Shown here in pieces: positions 24,850 through 34,504 of a DNA stretch of 64,000 nt (positions within the stretch are counted from its first letter, which is position 1; every line of letters begins with the position of its first letter). The translations under genes were made by a program, and so were the position numbers. Source of the stretch: Opitutia bacterium (GTDB lineage Bacteria > Verrucomicrobiota > Verrucomicrobiia > Opitutales > T3Sed10-336); assembly GCA_050506795.1 (NCBI GenBank), contig JBJHCF010000026.1, positions 8,349-72,348 of the forward strand. Direction: 5' to 3'. Below the pieces are notes generated by a model. That model did not search any database and was not told the origin of the DNA. It was given only the letters and a program-made list of their open reading frames with translations.

Positions 24850-26258
24850 GACGGATTGCTCTTCTGTTTCTTTCGTTCGGCCGCCCACTGGCGGTAGCGG
24901 CCGCCGCGCCAGGCGGGGAGTGTGCGTTGCGAAGTCCAACGCCCCAGCGGGCCAAACGGCAGAAAGCCGAGGGGTACGATGTTGAGCATGTTGGCGGCGC
25001 GCAGACTCATCCTCCAGGCGGCGGGACTCTTCGCCAGCATGGCCCACGGTTTCAGGTTCGGGGCATCGTTGAAGGCGGCCGGCGCATGTTCGCGGTGCGC
25101 GCGGTCCCGCAGGCGCAGGAGAAGATCCGGAATGGGAATGTCGACCGGGCAGACTTCGTTGCAGGCGCCGCACAAACTGGAGGCTTTGGGCAGATCCGCG
25201 AATTCCGCGAACCGGGCCGATCCGGCCAGCAGCGGAGAGAGAACCGCCCCGAGCGGACCGGGATAGACGCTGCGATAGGCGTGCCCCGATGACTGCCGGT
25301 AAACCGGACAAACATTCATGCAGGCCCCGCAGCGAATGCAGCGGAGAATCTCGCGGCAATCCGAAGCGAGGGTTTCCGTCCGTCCGGCGTTGACAAATAT
25401 CACGTGCATTTCCTCGGGGCCGGAAATCGCGTCGGGAGGACGCGGTCCGCGAATGAACTCCGTGTACACCGTCAGATTTTGTCCGGTGGCGGAGCGGCCC
25501 AGAAGGTTGAGCATCAAAGAAAGGCTGCGATCGTCGGGCACCAGTTTTTCGATCCCCACCAGGGCGATATGCATCCGGGCGCCGGCCAGTCCGAAGCGGG
25601 AGTTTCCCTCGTTGGTGACGATACAAATGCGGCCCGATTCCGCGGAAACGAAGTTGGCGCCGGTAATGCTGGCCTCGGCCGAAAGGTACTTCCGGCGCAT
25701 GTACTCGCGGGCCCGGCGGGTGATGGTTTCCGGGTCGTCATTGTAGTCGCCGAGTCCGCAACGTTCGAAGGTTTTGGCGATCTGCGCGCGATTTTTGTGT
25801 ATGATCGGTTTGACGACGTGACTGGGGTGGTCGCCGTCGAGCTGAACGATGAACTCACCGAGGTCGGTTTCGACCAGGTCAAAGCCCATCTCCGCCAGGT
25901 GACGGTTCAGTTCAATTTCCTCGCTGACCATGGTTTTGGATTTCGTCACGTGCCGGACGCCGCGTTCCCGGAGCAGGGTTTCCACCTGTTGGCAGGCCGA
26001 CGCGGCATCCCAGGCGAAATGAACCTTGGCGCCATTATCGATCAGTCGCTGTTCGGCCGCCTCCAGGTAGCGGTCCAGGTGCTCCAGGGTGTGCTGTTTG
26101 ATCGCGCCGGCGAGCGCCCGCAGGGAATCCGCGTCCGGCAAGTCGCCGAACAATACTTTCTGGCGCTTTTCCGTGCCGGCCGCGCTCCCTCCGAGGACCG
26201 AGTCACGGACCCCTTTGTCGAGACGGCGGGCGAATTGGTCGATTTGCTGATGGCTCAT
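24846..26258 (-). CDS. lutB: Lactate utilization Fe-S protein B
   Basis: KSKTMVSEE, ETDLGEFIVQ, NEGN, CIRCGACMNVCPVY, SSLCGACNEVCP. Confidence 0.93.
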   Translation of the reverse strand: MSHQQIDQFARRLDKGVRDSVLGGSAAGTEKRQKVLFGDLPDADSLRALAGAIKQHTLEHLDRYLEAAEQRLIDNGAKVHFAWDAASACQQVETLLRERGVRHVTKSKTMVSEEIELNRHLAEMGFDLVETDLGEFIVQLDGDHPSHVVKPIIHKNRAQIAKTFERCGLGDYNDDPETITRRAREYMRRKYLSAEASITGANFVSAESGRICIVTNEGNSRFGLAGARMHIALVGIEKLVPDDRSLSLMLNLLGRSATGQNLTVYTEFIRGPRPPDAISGPEEMHVIFVNAGRTETLASDCREILRCIRCGACMNVCPVYRQSSGHAYRSVYPGPLGAVLSPLLAGSARFAEFADLPKASSLCGACNEVCPVDIPIPDLLLRLRDRAHREHAPAAFNDAPNLKPWAMLAKSPAAWRMSLRAANMLNIVPLGFLPFGPLGRWTSQRTLPAWRGGRYRQWAAERKKQKSNPS

Positions 26259-27022
26259 TGGACGGTGACCGGGGTGACGCGCGCATCGCGCAGTACCTGG
26301 ATGGCATGCTTGACGGGAAGGGGCGAGCCCTGCTTTTCCGCCAGCCCGTTCAGGTGCATGAGGCAGCTCATATCTCCGGAAACCAGCAGGTCGGGGTTCG
26401 TCGCCCGAACGGAATCGATTTTGAGCCGTCCCATGGAACCGGAGATATGGGGGAAAGTGACTGAAAACGTGCCGCCGAAACCGCAGCATTGCTCCGGCTG
26501 GGTGAAGTCGAGCAGTGTGACGCCGGCGATCGATCCCACCAGGGTCCGAATGGCTTCCGGGGTGCCGGTGCCACGCGAATGGCAGGAACTGTGGATCGCG
26601 ACGCGGGCGTCGAGCCGTCCTTCCCAGGAATCGATGCCCAATCCGTTGCGGAGGAAATCACAGATCTCCCAGGTGCGCGCGCCGAAGGCCTGAACCTGGG
26701 GCAGATCGGGTTCCTTTTCGTGGGCCAGAAGCGCCCCGTGAAAGGACATGGCGGCGCAGGAACCGCTGGGAACGATGATCGGGCAGTCGCCCTGAAAAAC
26801 GTTCAAGGTGTGACGAATCACCTGCCGGGCGGAAGCCCAGTCTCCTCCGTTGAACGCCGGCTGACCGCAGCAGGTCTGGCTTTCGGGAACGATGACCTCG
26901 ATGCCCAGGGATTCGAGGACTTCGTGGGTGGCGCGGGCGACATCGTCAAAGAACGCGTCGCAGAGACAGGTCATCATCAACTGAACCGTCTTGGGCTTTT
27001 CAACAATTGGATGACGGTTCAT
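26255..27022 (-). CDS. lutA: Lactate utilization protein A (CCG domains)
   Basis: TCLCD, QTCCGQP, SGSC, HSSCH, CCGFGGTF, DMSCLMH. Confidence 0.92.
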   Translation of the reverse strand: MNRHPIVEKPKTVQLMMTCLCDAFFDDVARATHEVLESLGIEVIVPESQTCCGQPAFNGGDWASARQVIRHTLNVFQGDCPIIVPSGSCAAMSFHGALLAHEKEPDLPQVQAFGARTWEICDFLRNGLGIDSWEGRLDARVAIHSSCHSRGTGTPEAIRTLVGSIAGVTLLDFTQPEQCCGFGGTFSVTFPHISGSMGRLKIDSVRATNPDLLVSGDMSCLMHLNGLAEKQGSPLPVKHAIQVLRDARVTPVTVQ

Positions 27023-27225
27023 AAGGTCGGCGGGAAAGCTGACATGGGAATTTGCGATTCGGTTGAAATCAGGACTCGGGCCATCTTTGGTTCTTGCGGG
27101 GAGGCTAACAAGGGAAAAACGGTTTCGGGTCTCGGTTACCCACTTAAAAAAATTGACCATTTACGGGATTTTCCTGTCTGTCTTGTCGAGCGCTTGCCCC
27201 CCGTTTGTAAAACCAAGGGTACGAC

Positions 27226-30102
27226 ATGATCTCAAGAATTCTCGGCAGTGTTTTAGCGTTTTTTCTCCTCTGGAGTGTTGTTGCGACCGGTGAATCCCGT
27301 CCCTGGCCCTTCGAAACGAGCGATCTGGAGCCGGATCCCACCGTCGTTTTCGGCGAGCTGGATAATGGCGTTCGTTACGCCTTGATGCCCAATTCCGAAC
27401 CGGCTGACCGCGTGAGTCTTCGCCTGTTTGTCCGGGCCGGATCCCTGCAGGAGCGGGATGACCAGCGCGGCCTGGCCCATTACCTCGAACACATGGCCTT
27501 CAACGGCACGGAAAATTTCGCTCCCGGCACTCTGATTGAATATTTTCAGAATCTCGGCATGAGTTTCGGGGCCGACACCAACGCCTACACCGCCTTTGAT
27601 CGCACCGTCTACCAGATCGAGTTGCCGGACACCGAGCGCGACTCGGTGGATGAAGCTCTGCTGGTGCTGCGGGATTTCGCCGGGCGCATGCTCATCGAGG
27701 AGGACGAGGTCGAATCCGAGCGCGGGGTGATCTTGAGCGAAATGCGTTCGCGGGATTCGGTTCGTTTCCGCACCGCGGTGGAAGAATTTTCCTTTCTGTT
27801 GCCCGAGGCCATCATCGCCGATCGGTTTCCCATCGGTACGGAGGAGGTGCTCCGGGAGGCGGACCGCGAGTTATTGGTGGACTATTATGAGTCTTGGTAC
27901 CGGCCGGAGCGCATTGCCATTATTGTCGTCGGCGATGTCGCCCCGGACGACGTCACGCCCCTCATCGAATCGCATTTTGGTGATTTCGAGGCCCGGAGAC
28001 CCGAACCGGAGGAGCCGCGGAGGGGGCAGGTGGTGGCCAGGGAACTGGCGACCCGTTTGCACCCGGAACCCGAAGCCAGCACTACCCGGATCGCCGTGCA
28101 AAGCGTGCAGCCTTACACTCCGCGGCCGGACACGGCGGAGGAACGGACCAGCCGTATCAAGCGGGCGGTGGCCATGCGGATGCTGAACCGGCGACTGGAC
28201 GTGCTGGCCAACCGCGAGGATGCTCCTTTCACCCATGCGTCGGTCGGGGCCTACGATTTATTCGACTTTTTCACCAATGCCGCGGTGGAAGTGCATACCC
28301 GGCCGGAGCAATGGGAGGAGGCGTTGCGGGTGATAGAAAGGGAACTGCGCCGGGCTCTCCAGTACGGGTTTGTTGAAGGGGAGTTGCGGGAAGTCCGGGC
28401 CGATCTTATCAACTCCTTTGAAGAAGCGTCGCGGCGCGCTCCGACGCGTCGGTCCCGCGATTTGGCCGAAGGACTGGTTGCGTCGTTTTCCGGTCACACG
28501 GTTTTCACCGATCCCGACACCGAGCTCGATTTGATGAAACCCGCGCTGGAGGCAATGACCACCGCGGACACTCACCGTGCGCTGGTGGGAGCGTTTCCAG
28601 AAGGCAACCGGTTTGTGTTCGTCACCGGCAACCTGGAGGTTCCCGACGCCGAGGAGACCATCGCCGCGGTTTATCTGTCGAGCCGGGAGGAGGCGGTGGA
28701 ACCGCCCGAAGACCGCGAAGCGATTCCATTTGGCTATCAAAGCTTCGGTGAGGCCGGGGCCGTGGAGGAGCGGGTGCGGCATGACGATTTGGACGTGTAC
28801 CAGGTTCGTTTCGCCAACGGAGTGAGATTGAACCTCAAACAGACGGATTTTTCCTCCAACGAGATCAACCTGAGCGTCCGTCTCGGAGGGGGACTGCTTG
28901 AACTCCCCGAGGATCGGCCGGGTTTGGCCCTTCTGGCTACGGAAACCTTTATCGGCGGAGGTTTGGGGCGACATTCCGTCGATGAGTTGCGCGGGATTTT
29001 CGCCGGGCGCAATCTCGGGTGGAGTTTTTCCGTCGGAGAAGACGCTTTCACCTTCCGCGGGACCACCACCCCGGATGACCTCGAGGACCAGTTTGCCCTT
29101 TTGGCGGCCTACCTGACCGACCCCGGCTACCGGGAGGAATCTTTGCGAAGGGCTCACACCGGCATCGAAGCAATTTATACCGCCGCTCGGCACACGGCTG
29201 CGGGGGTGCTGCAGGACCGGGTTGCACGTTATCTCGCCGGCGGGGATTTTCGTTTCGGACTGCCCGCGCGTGACGAGGTGATGTCGTTGGGCATGGACGA
29301 CGTCCGGGATTGGCTCGAACGGCCCCTGGCCAACGCCTATTTGGAGGTTGCGGTGGTGGGAGATTTTGCAGATGTCGATGGGGTGATCGCCCTGGCGGCC
29401 AGGAGCCTGGGCGCGCTTTCGGAGAGAGACGATGAGAAGGCTGATTTCTCCGCCCGCCGGGTATTGGATTGGCCGGTAGGCGGTGGTGAAAAACGAGTTG
29501 AGTTCGAGTCCCGCATTCCAAGTGGAATCGCGGCCGTGTACTGGCCGACCGCGGACCGTTGGGATATCGAGCGGGATCGCCGTTTGAGCCTGTTGGCACG
29601 CGTTTTTTCCGACCGCATGCGCGTGCGAATCCGCGAAGAGATGGGTGAGGCTTACAGCCCTTACGCCGTGAGCAACACCAGCGGGACCTATCGGGATTAC
29701 GGTTGGTTCTACGGCATTGTCGGAGTGGATCCGGACCAGGCGAACGCGGTGGCGGACGTCATGGTGGAAATCGCACACGAGTTGCGTCGCGAAGGGATTT
29801 CCGACGGCGAACTGCAGCGGGCGTTGCGACCGGTGTTGACTTCCATTCGCGACACGGTGCGCACCAACCGCTACTGGTTGGAGTCGGTTTTGGCGAGTTC
29901 GCAGGAGTTTCCGGAGCGACTTGAGTGGGCGCGTACCATGAGCGATGACTTCGCCGCCATTACCGTCGCGGAGTTGGACGCCCTGGTTGGAGAGTACCTC
30001 GATCCGGATTCGGCGCTGCGGGTGATTCTTCTGCCGGTGGATGCCTCCGGGGAGGTCCTGGAGGCAGCGGAGGAGGCGTTTGCGCCGGCTGAAACTCATT
30101 GA
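27226..30102 (+). CDS. M16 family zinc metallopeptidase (PqqL-like), secreted
   Basis: Signal peptide; GLAHYLEHMAFNG (HxxEH), NAYTAFDRTVY; four-domain length. Confidence 0.93.
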   Translation: MISRILGSVLAFFLLWSVVATGESRPWPFETSDLEPDPTVVFGELDNGVRYALMPNSEPADRVSLRLFVRAGSLQERDDQRGLAHYLEHMAFNGTENFAPGTLIEYFQNLGMSFGADTNAYTAFDRTVYQIELPDTERDSVDEALLVLRDFAGRMLIEEDEVESERGVILSEMRSRDSVRFRTAVEEFSFLLPEAIIADRFPIGTEEVLREADRELLVDYYESWYRPERIAIIVVGDVAPDDVTPLIESHFGDFEARRPEPEEPRRGQVVARELATRLHPEPEASTTRIAVQSVQPYTPRPDTAEERTSRIKRAVAMRMLNRRLDVLANREDAPFTHASVGAYDLFDFFTNAAVEVHTRPEQWEEALRVIERELRRALQYGFVEGELREVRADLINSFEEASRRAPTRRSRDLAEGLVASFSGHTVFTDPDTELDLMKPALEAMTTADTHRALVGAFPEGNRFVFVTGNLEVPDAEETIAAVYLSSREEAVEPPEDREAIPFGYQSFGEAGAVEERVRHDDLDVYQVRFANGVRLNLKQTDFSSNEINLSVRLGGGLLELPEDRPGLALLATETFIGGGLGRHSVDELRGIFAGRNLGWSFSVGEDAFTFRGTTTPDDLEDQFALLAAYLTDPGYREESLRRAHTGIEAIYTAARHTAAGVLQDRVARYLAGGDFRFGLPARDEVMSLGMDDVRDWLERPLANAYLEVAVVGDFADVDGVIALAARSLGALSERDDEKADFSARRVLDWPVGGGEKRVEFESRIPSGIAAVYWPTADRWDIERDRRLSLLARVFSDRMRVRIREEMGEAYSPYAVSNTSGTYRDYGWFYGIVGVDPDQANAVADVMVEIAHELRREGISDGELQRALRPVLTSIRDTVRTNRYWLESVLASSQEFPERLEWARTMSDDFAAITVAELDALVGEYLDPDSALRVILLPVDASGEVLEAAEEAFAPAETH

Positions 30103-30113
30103 GGACGGATAAT

Positions 30114-30140
30114 AATCCCGGATCGCCTGACGGGGTTTTT
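30114..30140 (+). terminator. Probable intrinsic terminator
   Basis: AATCCCG...CGGGGTT followed by TTT just after the peptidase stop. Confidence 0.5.
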
Positions 30141-30342
30141 GCTTGAGAGCATATCCCGTTCAGGTTCATTCGTTTATCTCAAAACTTACAGTTTCGATCT
30201 TAAATGCCTTCGCATGCGGCTGCCAGCCGGTAAATGAAAAGCCTCTGCGGATCGTGTGTTGTCGGCGCTTAATGGGTTGACTCTGTTTGGGAAGGGTTCC
30301 TTTATTGGCGGTTTATCCAGAACTACAGCCGGTTATACTTGC

Positions 30343-31017
30343 ATGAAGAACAAAAAGCCTTCGGAAAAGGGAAAACAAATCGCGGGAGACGATCGCAATA
30401 TCGTCGCCGTGGATGAGGCCTATAAAGAGGCCGGGTTCGAGGATCGGCTGTACCTGATCTGGGAAAAGTACAGCTCCTGGATTGTGTCGGCAATCATCGC
30501 GATTTTTGTCGGCCTGATACTGTTTTTCGCCCTGGAATACCTGGCTGAGCGCCGGGAGGCCGCTATTCAGAGCGAATACGCCGCGGCGGTTACAATCGAG
30601 GAGAAAGCGGCATTTGCGCGCGAATATGCCGGGCATCGGCTCGCAGGTGCGGCGGCTCTGGAAGTCGCGGACAGTTTTTTCGCCGAGGAAACGTATCAGG
30701 AGGCGGCTGAAAACTATCGGCTGGCGGCGGAAAGCCTTGGCCGGCACGTTTTGAGCGGACGCGCCAGACTGGGTGAGGCAATGTCCCTGATCATGCTGGA
30801 CCGGAGGGACGAGGCGGAACCGGTGTTGTCTCGTCTGGCAGCCGATCAAGATGTTCTGCTGACGATTCGCCTGGAAGCGTACTATTCGTTGGCGTCCCTC
30901 GCGTTTGAGCGCGGAGATTATGACCGGGTGGTGGAGCTGGCTGATCTGATCGAAGGCGAGGACATGATGGGGTTTTGGAGTGGTCGAATCGGGCAGTTGC
31001 TCGATGAGATCCCGTGA
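30343..31017 (+). CDS. YfgM-like single-pass membrane TPR protein
   Basis: N-terminal TM helix followed by Ala-rich TPR-like helices. Confidence 0.75.
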   Translation: MKNKKPSEKGKQIAGDDRNIVAVDEAYKEAGFEDRLYLIWEKYSSWIVSAIIAIFVGLILFFALEYLAERREAAIQSEYAAAVTIEEKAAFAREYAGHRLAGAAALEVADSFFAEETYQEAAENYRLAAESLGRHVLSGRARLGEAMSLIMLDRRDEAEPVLSRLAADQDVLLTIRLEAYYSLASLAFERGDYDRVVELADLIEGEDMMGFWSGRIGQLLDEIP

Positions 31018-31130
31018 TCGCAACCGGGCGTGACCGCTGGCGTCGGTCGAACAGGCCGAAAAAGCTTTGTGGTTCGCCGGCAGACGGGTTTTCAATTTGA
31101 CTCAGACCATAAATCTCCCTAAAAGAACAA

Positions 31131-31250
31131 CATCGGGTTGGGACCGGCAGGTTCTCCTCATTCTTCTCCTTTCGGCGTGTGCGGCCCGCGGATCGTATGC
31201 GCTCAATGACAGAACGATCGAGTTCCCGCCAAGCTGAACCGTTTGCTCAA
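31131..31250 (+). ncRNA. Candidate structured RNA in the ptsI leader (6S-like or cis-regulatory)
   Basis: Rod-like pairing GGGA/TCCC, GTTCT/AGAAC, TCATT/AATGA, apical GCGTGTGCGG/TCGTATGCGC with several G-U pairs; TTGACT-N17-TAAAAG upstream. Confidence 0.4.
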
Positions 31251-31261
31251 GAGACAATATT

Positions 31262-33025
31262 ATGGCAGAAAGGCAGTCCGAGCGGTTTTTCAAGGGAATA
31301 TCAGCCTCCCCAGGAGTGGCTCACGGACAGGTTTACGTTTTTGTCCCCAAAGAACTAAAGATCTCCAGCCACCGGATTGAGCCATCCGAGATGGATGCGG
31401 AGGTGGAGCGCTTCGAGGAAAAGCTGCTGCAAACCCGTCAGGAAATCCTGGCTTTGCGGGATGCCGTTTCCGACCGTCTGGGTCAGGAATCCGCCGGCAT
31501 ATTCGACGCTCACTTGTTGGTGCTGGAAGACCGGGCATTGATTGAGGAATCGATCCGCGAAATGGAGGAGACCGGGCGCAATATCACCTACTGCGTGAAC
31601 AGCGTTGCTCAGCGTTACATCGATACCTTCGCCAACATCGACGACGAATATTTGCGCGAGCGGGCGAACGACATACGGGACGTTACCAAACGCTTGTTGC
31701 ACAACCTGGCCGGCGAGGTGCGGGACTGTCTGGGGGCGCTGGAAGATGGGCGTATCGTGGTGGCCCGGGACATTTCGCCTTCAGATACGGCTGCGATCGA
31801 AAAGGGCAAAGTCCTGGCGTTTATTACGGATGCCGGAAGCAAAACCAGTCACGCCGTCATAATGGCCCGGTCCATTCAGGTGCCGGCGGTGGTCGGCATG
31901 CGGGACTTCATGGCCGCCGTCCGCGATGGCGACGAGGTGCTGGTGGACGGTTACGACGGCACCGTGGTGCTGAATCCCTCGGATAAAACGCTCTTTGGAT
32001 ACGGAAAACTCGAAGAGCAAAAGAAAGTTCTGCACCGCCGTATTCTGTCGGAGGCCTCGCTTCCGGCGAAAACACGGGACGGAGTCGAGGTGGCTCTGCG
32101 GGCCAACATCGAGGGACCGGACGAGATTGGCCGCATCAAAGATTTCGGGGCGGCGGGAGTCGGGCTCTTTCGGACGGAGTATCTGTTTTTGGAGGCATCC
32201 GGTTTCCCCAGTGAGGAGGAGCAGTTCAATTCCTACCGTCGCGTCGCTTCCGGCATCGCTCCACAGCCGGTGGTGATTCGCACCCTCGACCTCGGTGGGG
32301 ACAAGTTTCCGAACAGTGTCTACCCCTCGGAAGCGGAAGCGAACCCCTTCCTTGGGTTGCGGGCGATTCGCTTGTGCCTGGAAAGCCCGGACGTTTTCAA
32401 GACACAGCTTCGGGCGATTCTTCGGGCGTCGGCCCACGGCAATGTCAAGTTGATGTATCCCATGATCAGCGGAGCGAGGGAACTCGACCAGGCCAATGAG
32501 GTTTTGGCCGAGGCCCGCGAGGAGTTGGACCGTGAAGGCACGCCGTACGACCGCGAGATTGAAGTGGGAACGATGATCGAAATACCCAGTGCGGCGATCA
32601 CGGCCGACCTGCTGGCTCAGAAATGCGACTTTTTCAGCATTGGAACCAACGACCTGATCCAATACCTCCTGGCCATCGATCGTTTGAACGAACGGATCGC
32701 CCACCTGTATGAGCCCGCCCATCCGGCCGTGTTGCGGATGATTCGCGGGGTGGTTGAGGCCGCGCGCCGGGAGAATATCCGCGTAAGCGTCTGCGGGGAG
32801 ATCGCGGGAGACGCCATAATGGTACCGGTTCTTCTCGGTCTGGGGGTGGACGAATTGAGCCTGGTGGCTTCAGGTTTGCCCGCGATCAAATACATGGTGC
32901 GCAGCCTGGAAATGACTGCCATGCAGGACTTGGCTTCGGCCATGATGCAGGGCACAAACGCTACTGATGTTCTGGAGTTGGCGGAAGCGTTTTACCAGGA
33001 ACACGTGGCCCATCTGATCGCTTGA
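31262..33025 (+). CDS. ptsI: PTS enzyme I (phosphoenolpyruvate-protein phosphotransferase)
   Basis: GISASPG, GSKTSHAVIMAR phospho-His motif, GVGLFRTE, RTLDLGGDK, FSIGTNDL, VCGEIAG. Confidence 0.96.
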   Translation: MAERQSERFFKGISASPGVAHGQVYVFVPKELKISSHRIEPSEMDAEVERFEEKLLQTRQEILALRDAVSDRLGQESAGIFDAHLLVLEDRALIEESIREMEETGRNITYCVNSVAQRYIDTFANIDDEYLRERANDIRDVTKRLLHNLAGEVRDCLGALEDGRIVVARDISPSDTAAIEKGKVLAFITDAGSKTSHAVIMARSIQVPAVVGMRDFMAAVRDGDEVLVDGYDGTVVLNPSDKTLFGYGKLEEQKKVLHRRILSEASLPAKTRDGVEVALRANIEGPDEIGRIKDFGAAGVGLFRTEYLFLEASGFPSEEEQFNSYRRVASGIAPQPVVIRTLDLGGDKFPNSVYPSEAEANPFLGLRAIRLCLESPDVFKTQLRAILRASAHGNVKLMYPMISGARELDQANEVLAEAREELDREGTPYDREIEVGTMIEIPSAAITADLLAQKCDFFSIGTNDLIQYLLAIDRLNERIAHLYEPAHPAVLRMIRGVVEAARRENIRVSVCGEIAGDAIMVPVLLGLGVDELSLVASGLPAIKYMVRSLEMTAMQDLASAMMQGTNATDVLELAEAFYQEHVAHLIA

Positions 33026-33189
33026 TAACGGTGAACCCATGGCGATCTGCCCGGCGGCGATCTGAAGCTTTGCAGGCCTATGTTGTTCTGAAGAGTCGGG
33101 ATTAGCGGACTTTATAATCGAACTCCGTGGTTGCCAAATTTCGCCGATTATCGCAGAATCTTCTTCCTGAGGGAAGGGGGCGTGGATCG

Positions 33190-33951
33190 ATGCAGGATTG
33201 CGATGTTTGGGATGGGAGAGAGTTGAGTAGGTTGGGTTCTTGGGCCTTTGCCGAACACAAGGGGCCCCTGGGTCCTTTCCGCTTTGTGGTGATGGGCCCG
33301 CCGGGGTCCGGCAAACGAACGCAGGCCGCGATTCTGGGAGAACGTTTGGGGGCTTCGCTGCTCTCTCCGGCGGAAACCCGAGATTTGGCCCGCCGTTGCG
33401 GTTCCGCCGAGGCGAAAGAGAGACCTCAGGGGACTCGCGCCACTTCGCCGGACCCGGACCGGAGCGGTTCGAGTAACAACGGCCTCGGGCTGGGCGATCC
33501 GGATCTCTGGTTTCGGGGCGATGTCGGTTTCACCATTGAAGGATTTCCGCGTTCCGCGGAGCAGGCGGAGGCTTTGGTGCGATGGCTGGGGCGTGCTCAC
33601 ATCAATCTTACTGCCGTCCTGTATTATGACCTCGCGGTGGAGTGGGCGGTAGCCAGGTTGGTCAACCGGTCCCTGTGTCGCAATTGCGGCGCCGAGAGTT
33701 CGCCTAGGCGGTGGCCTCAACGCCGGACCGCCACCTGTGAGAAATGTGGCGGTGTGCTGCGTCCCGCCAGTCGAGTTGATCCCGGAAAGGTGAGAGAGCG
33801 GTTCGTTCGCTACGAACGGGATGTGAAGCCGGTGCTCGATTATTTCGCCCAGCTGGGGCTCCTGCTGACCATCGAAGCGGAGGGGTGTCCGGAAGAGGTG
33901 TTTCAGCGGACGGAGTTCAAGCTGATGAATGTGCTTCCGGCCATGACTTGA
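33190..33951 (+). CDS. Adenylate kinase-like protein, degenerate
   Basis: GPPGSGKRTQA, IEGFPRS, Zn-LID CRNC...CEKC, YERDVKPVLDYF; NMP-binding motifs absent; start uncertain. Confidence 0.75.
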   Translation: MQDCDVWDGRELSRLGSWAFAEHKGPLGPFRFVVMGPPGSGKRTQAAILGERLGASLLSPAETRDLARRCGSAEAKERPQGTRATSPDPDRSGSSNNGLGLGDPDLWFRGDVGFTIEGFPRSAEQAEALVRWLGRAHINLTAVLYYDLAVEWAVARLVNRSLCRNCGAESSPRRWPQRRTATCEKCGGVLRPASRVDPGKVRERFVRYERDVKPVLDYFAQLGLLLTIEAEGCPEEVFQRTEFKLMNVLPAMT

Positions 33952-33974
33952 TTGAGCGAAAAGCTCCGCGAGCT

Positions 33975-34379
33975 TCAGTTCGCCTTTTTTAACAGGTCGT
34001 GCACTTTACGGACCAGTTCGCAGGGGCGAAACGGTTTGGCGATGAAATCGGTATTTCCCTGCAGGTCCTCCTCGGGGTCGATTCGGCTGTCCGCGTACCC
34101 TGACATGTAAAGAATCGCGATATCCGGGTTCTCCTGCCGGCATTGTTGTCCCAGCTCCTTGCCGTCCATATTGGGCATCACGATATCCGTTACGATGAGA
34201 TCGATGGTGGATCCGTGCTGCTTGAAATAGTCAAACGCTTCTCTTCCGTCCACCGTGGGCACCACTTCGAACCCCTCAAGCCCCAGGATTTCGCCGACCA
34301 TTTTGCGAACGATTTCCCCATCTTCCGCCAGCAAAACCCGCTTTTTGATTCCCGAGGAATTCTCCGATTTTAAACTCAT
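33975..34379 (-). CDS. Single-domain response regulator (receiver)
   Basis: VLLAED, IVTDIVMP, MSGY, FIAKPF. Confidence 0.93.
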   Translation of the reverse strand: MSLKSENSSGIKKRVLLAEDGEIVRKMVGEILGLEGFEVVPTVDGREAFDYFKQHGSTIDLIVTDIVMPNMDGKELGQQCRQENPDIAILYMSGYADSRIDPEEDLQGNTDFIAKPFRPCELVRKVHDLLKKAN

Positions 34380-34504
34380 TATTCAGCCGATTCAGAATGT
34401 CCGCGATAAACGGGAATAACAAGGTAAATTCCCGGATCACACAGATTTCCCGGCTTCGGTTTGCTCTTGTATCAATCCGGGGATCCGATCACCATGGAAT
34501 CACG

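Noticed and set aside
24850..25626. lutC reading frame stays open 777 nt upstream inside lutB, hinting at a frameshift fusion
   Set aside because: A canonical ATGA-coupled start at 24849 exists, the extension is Arg/Pro-rich junk, and no slippery site was seen
27130..27165. Possible GntR/LldR operator upstream of lutA (AAATGGTCAATT on the minus strand)
   Set aside because: Only a half-site; no convincing palindrome and no regulator gene nearby
31131..31250. Possible SRP RNA or glycine riboswitch
   Set aside because: Lacks the SRP CAGG-GNRA-AGCAG motif and the glycine-riboswitch GGAGA/CTCTCAGG elements on either strand
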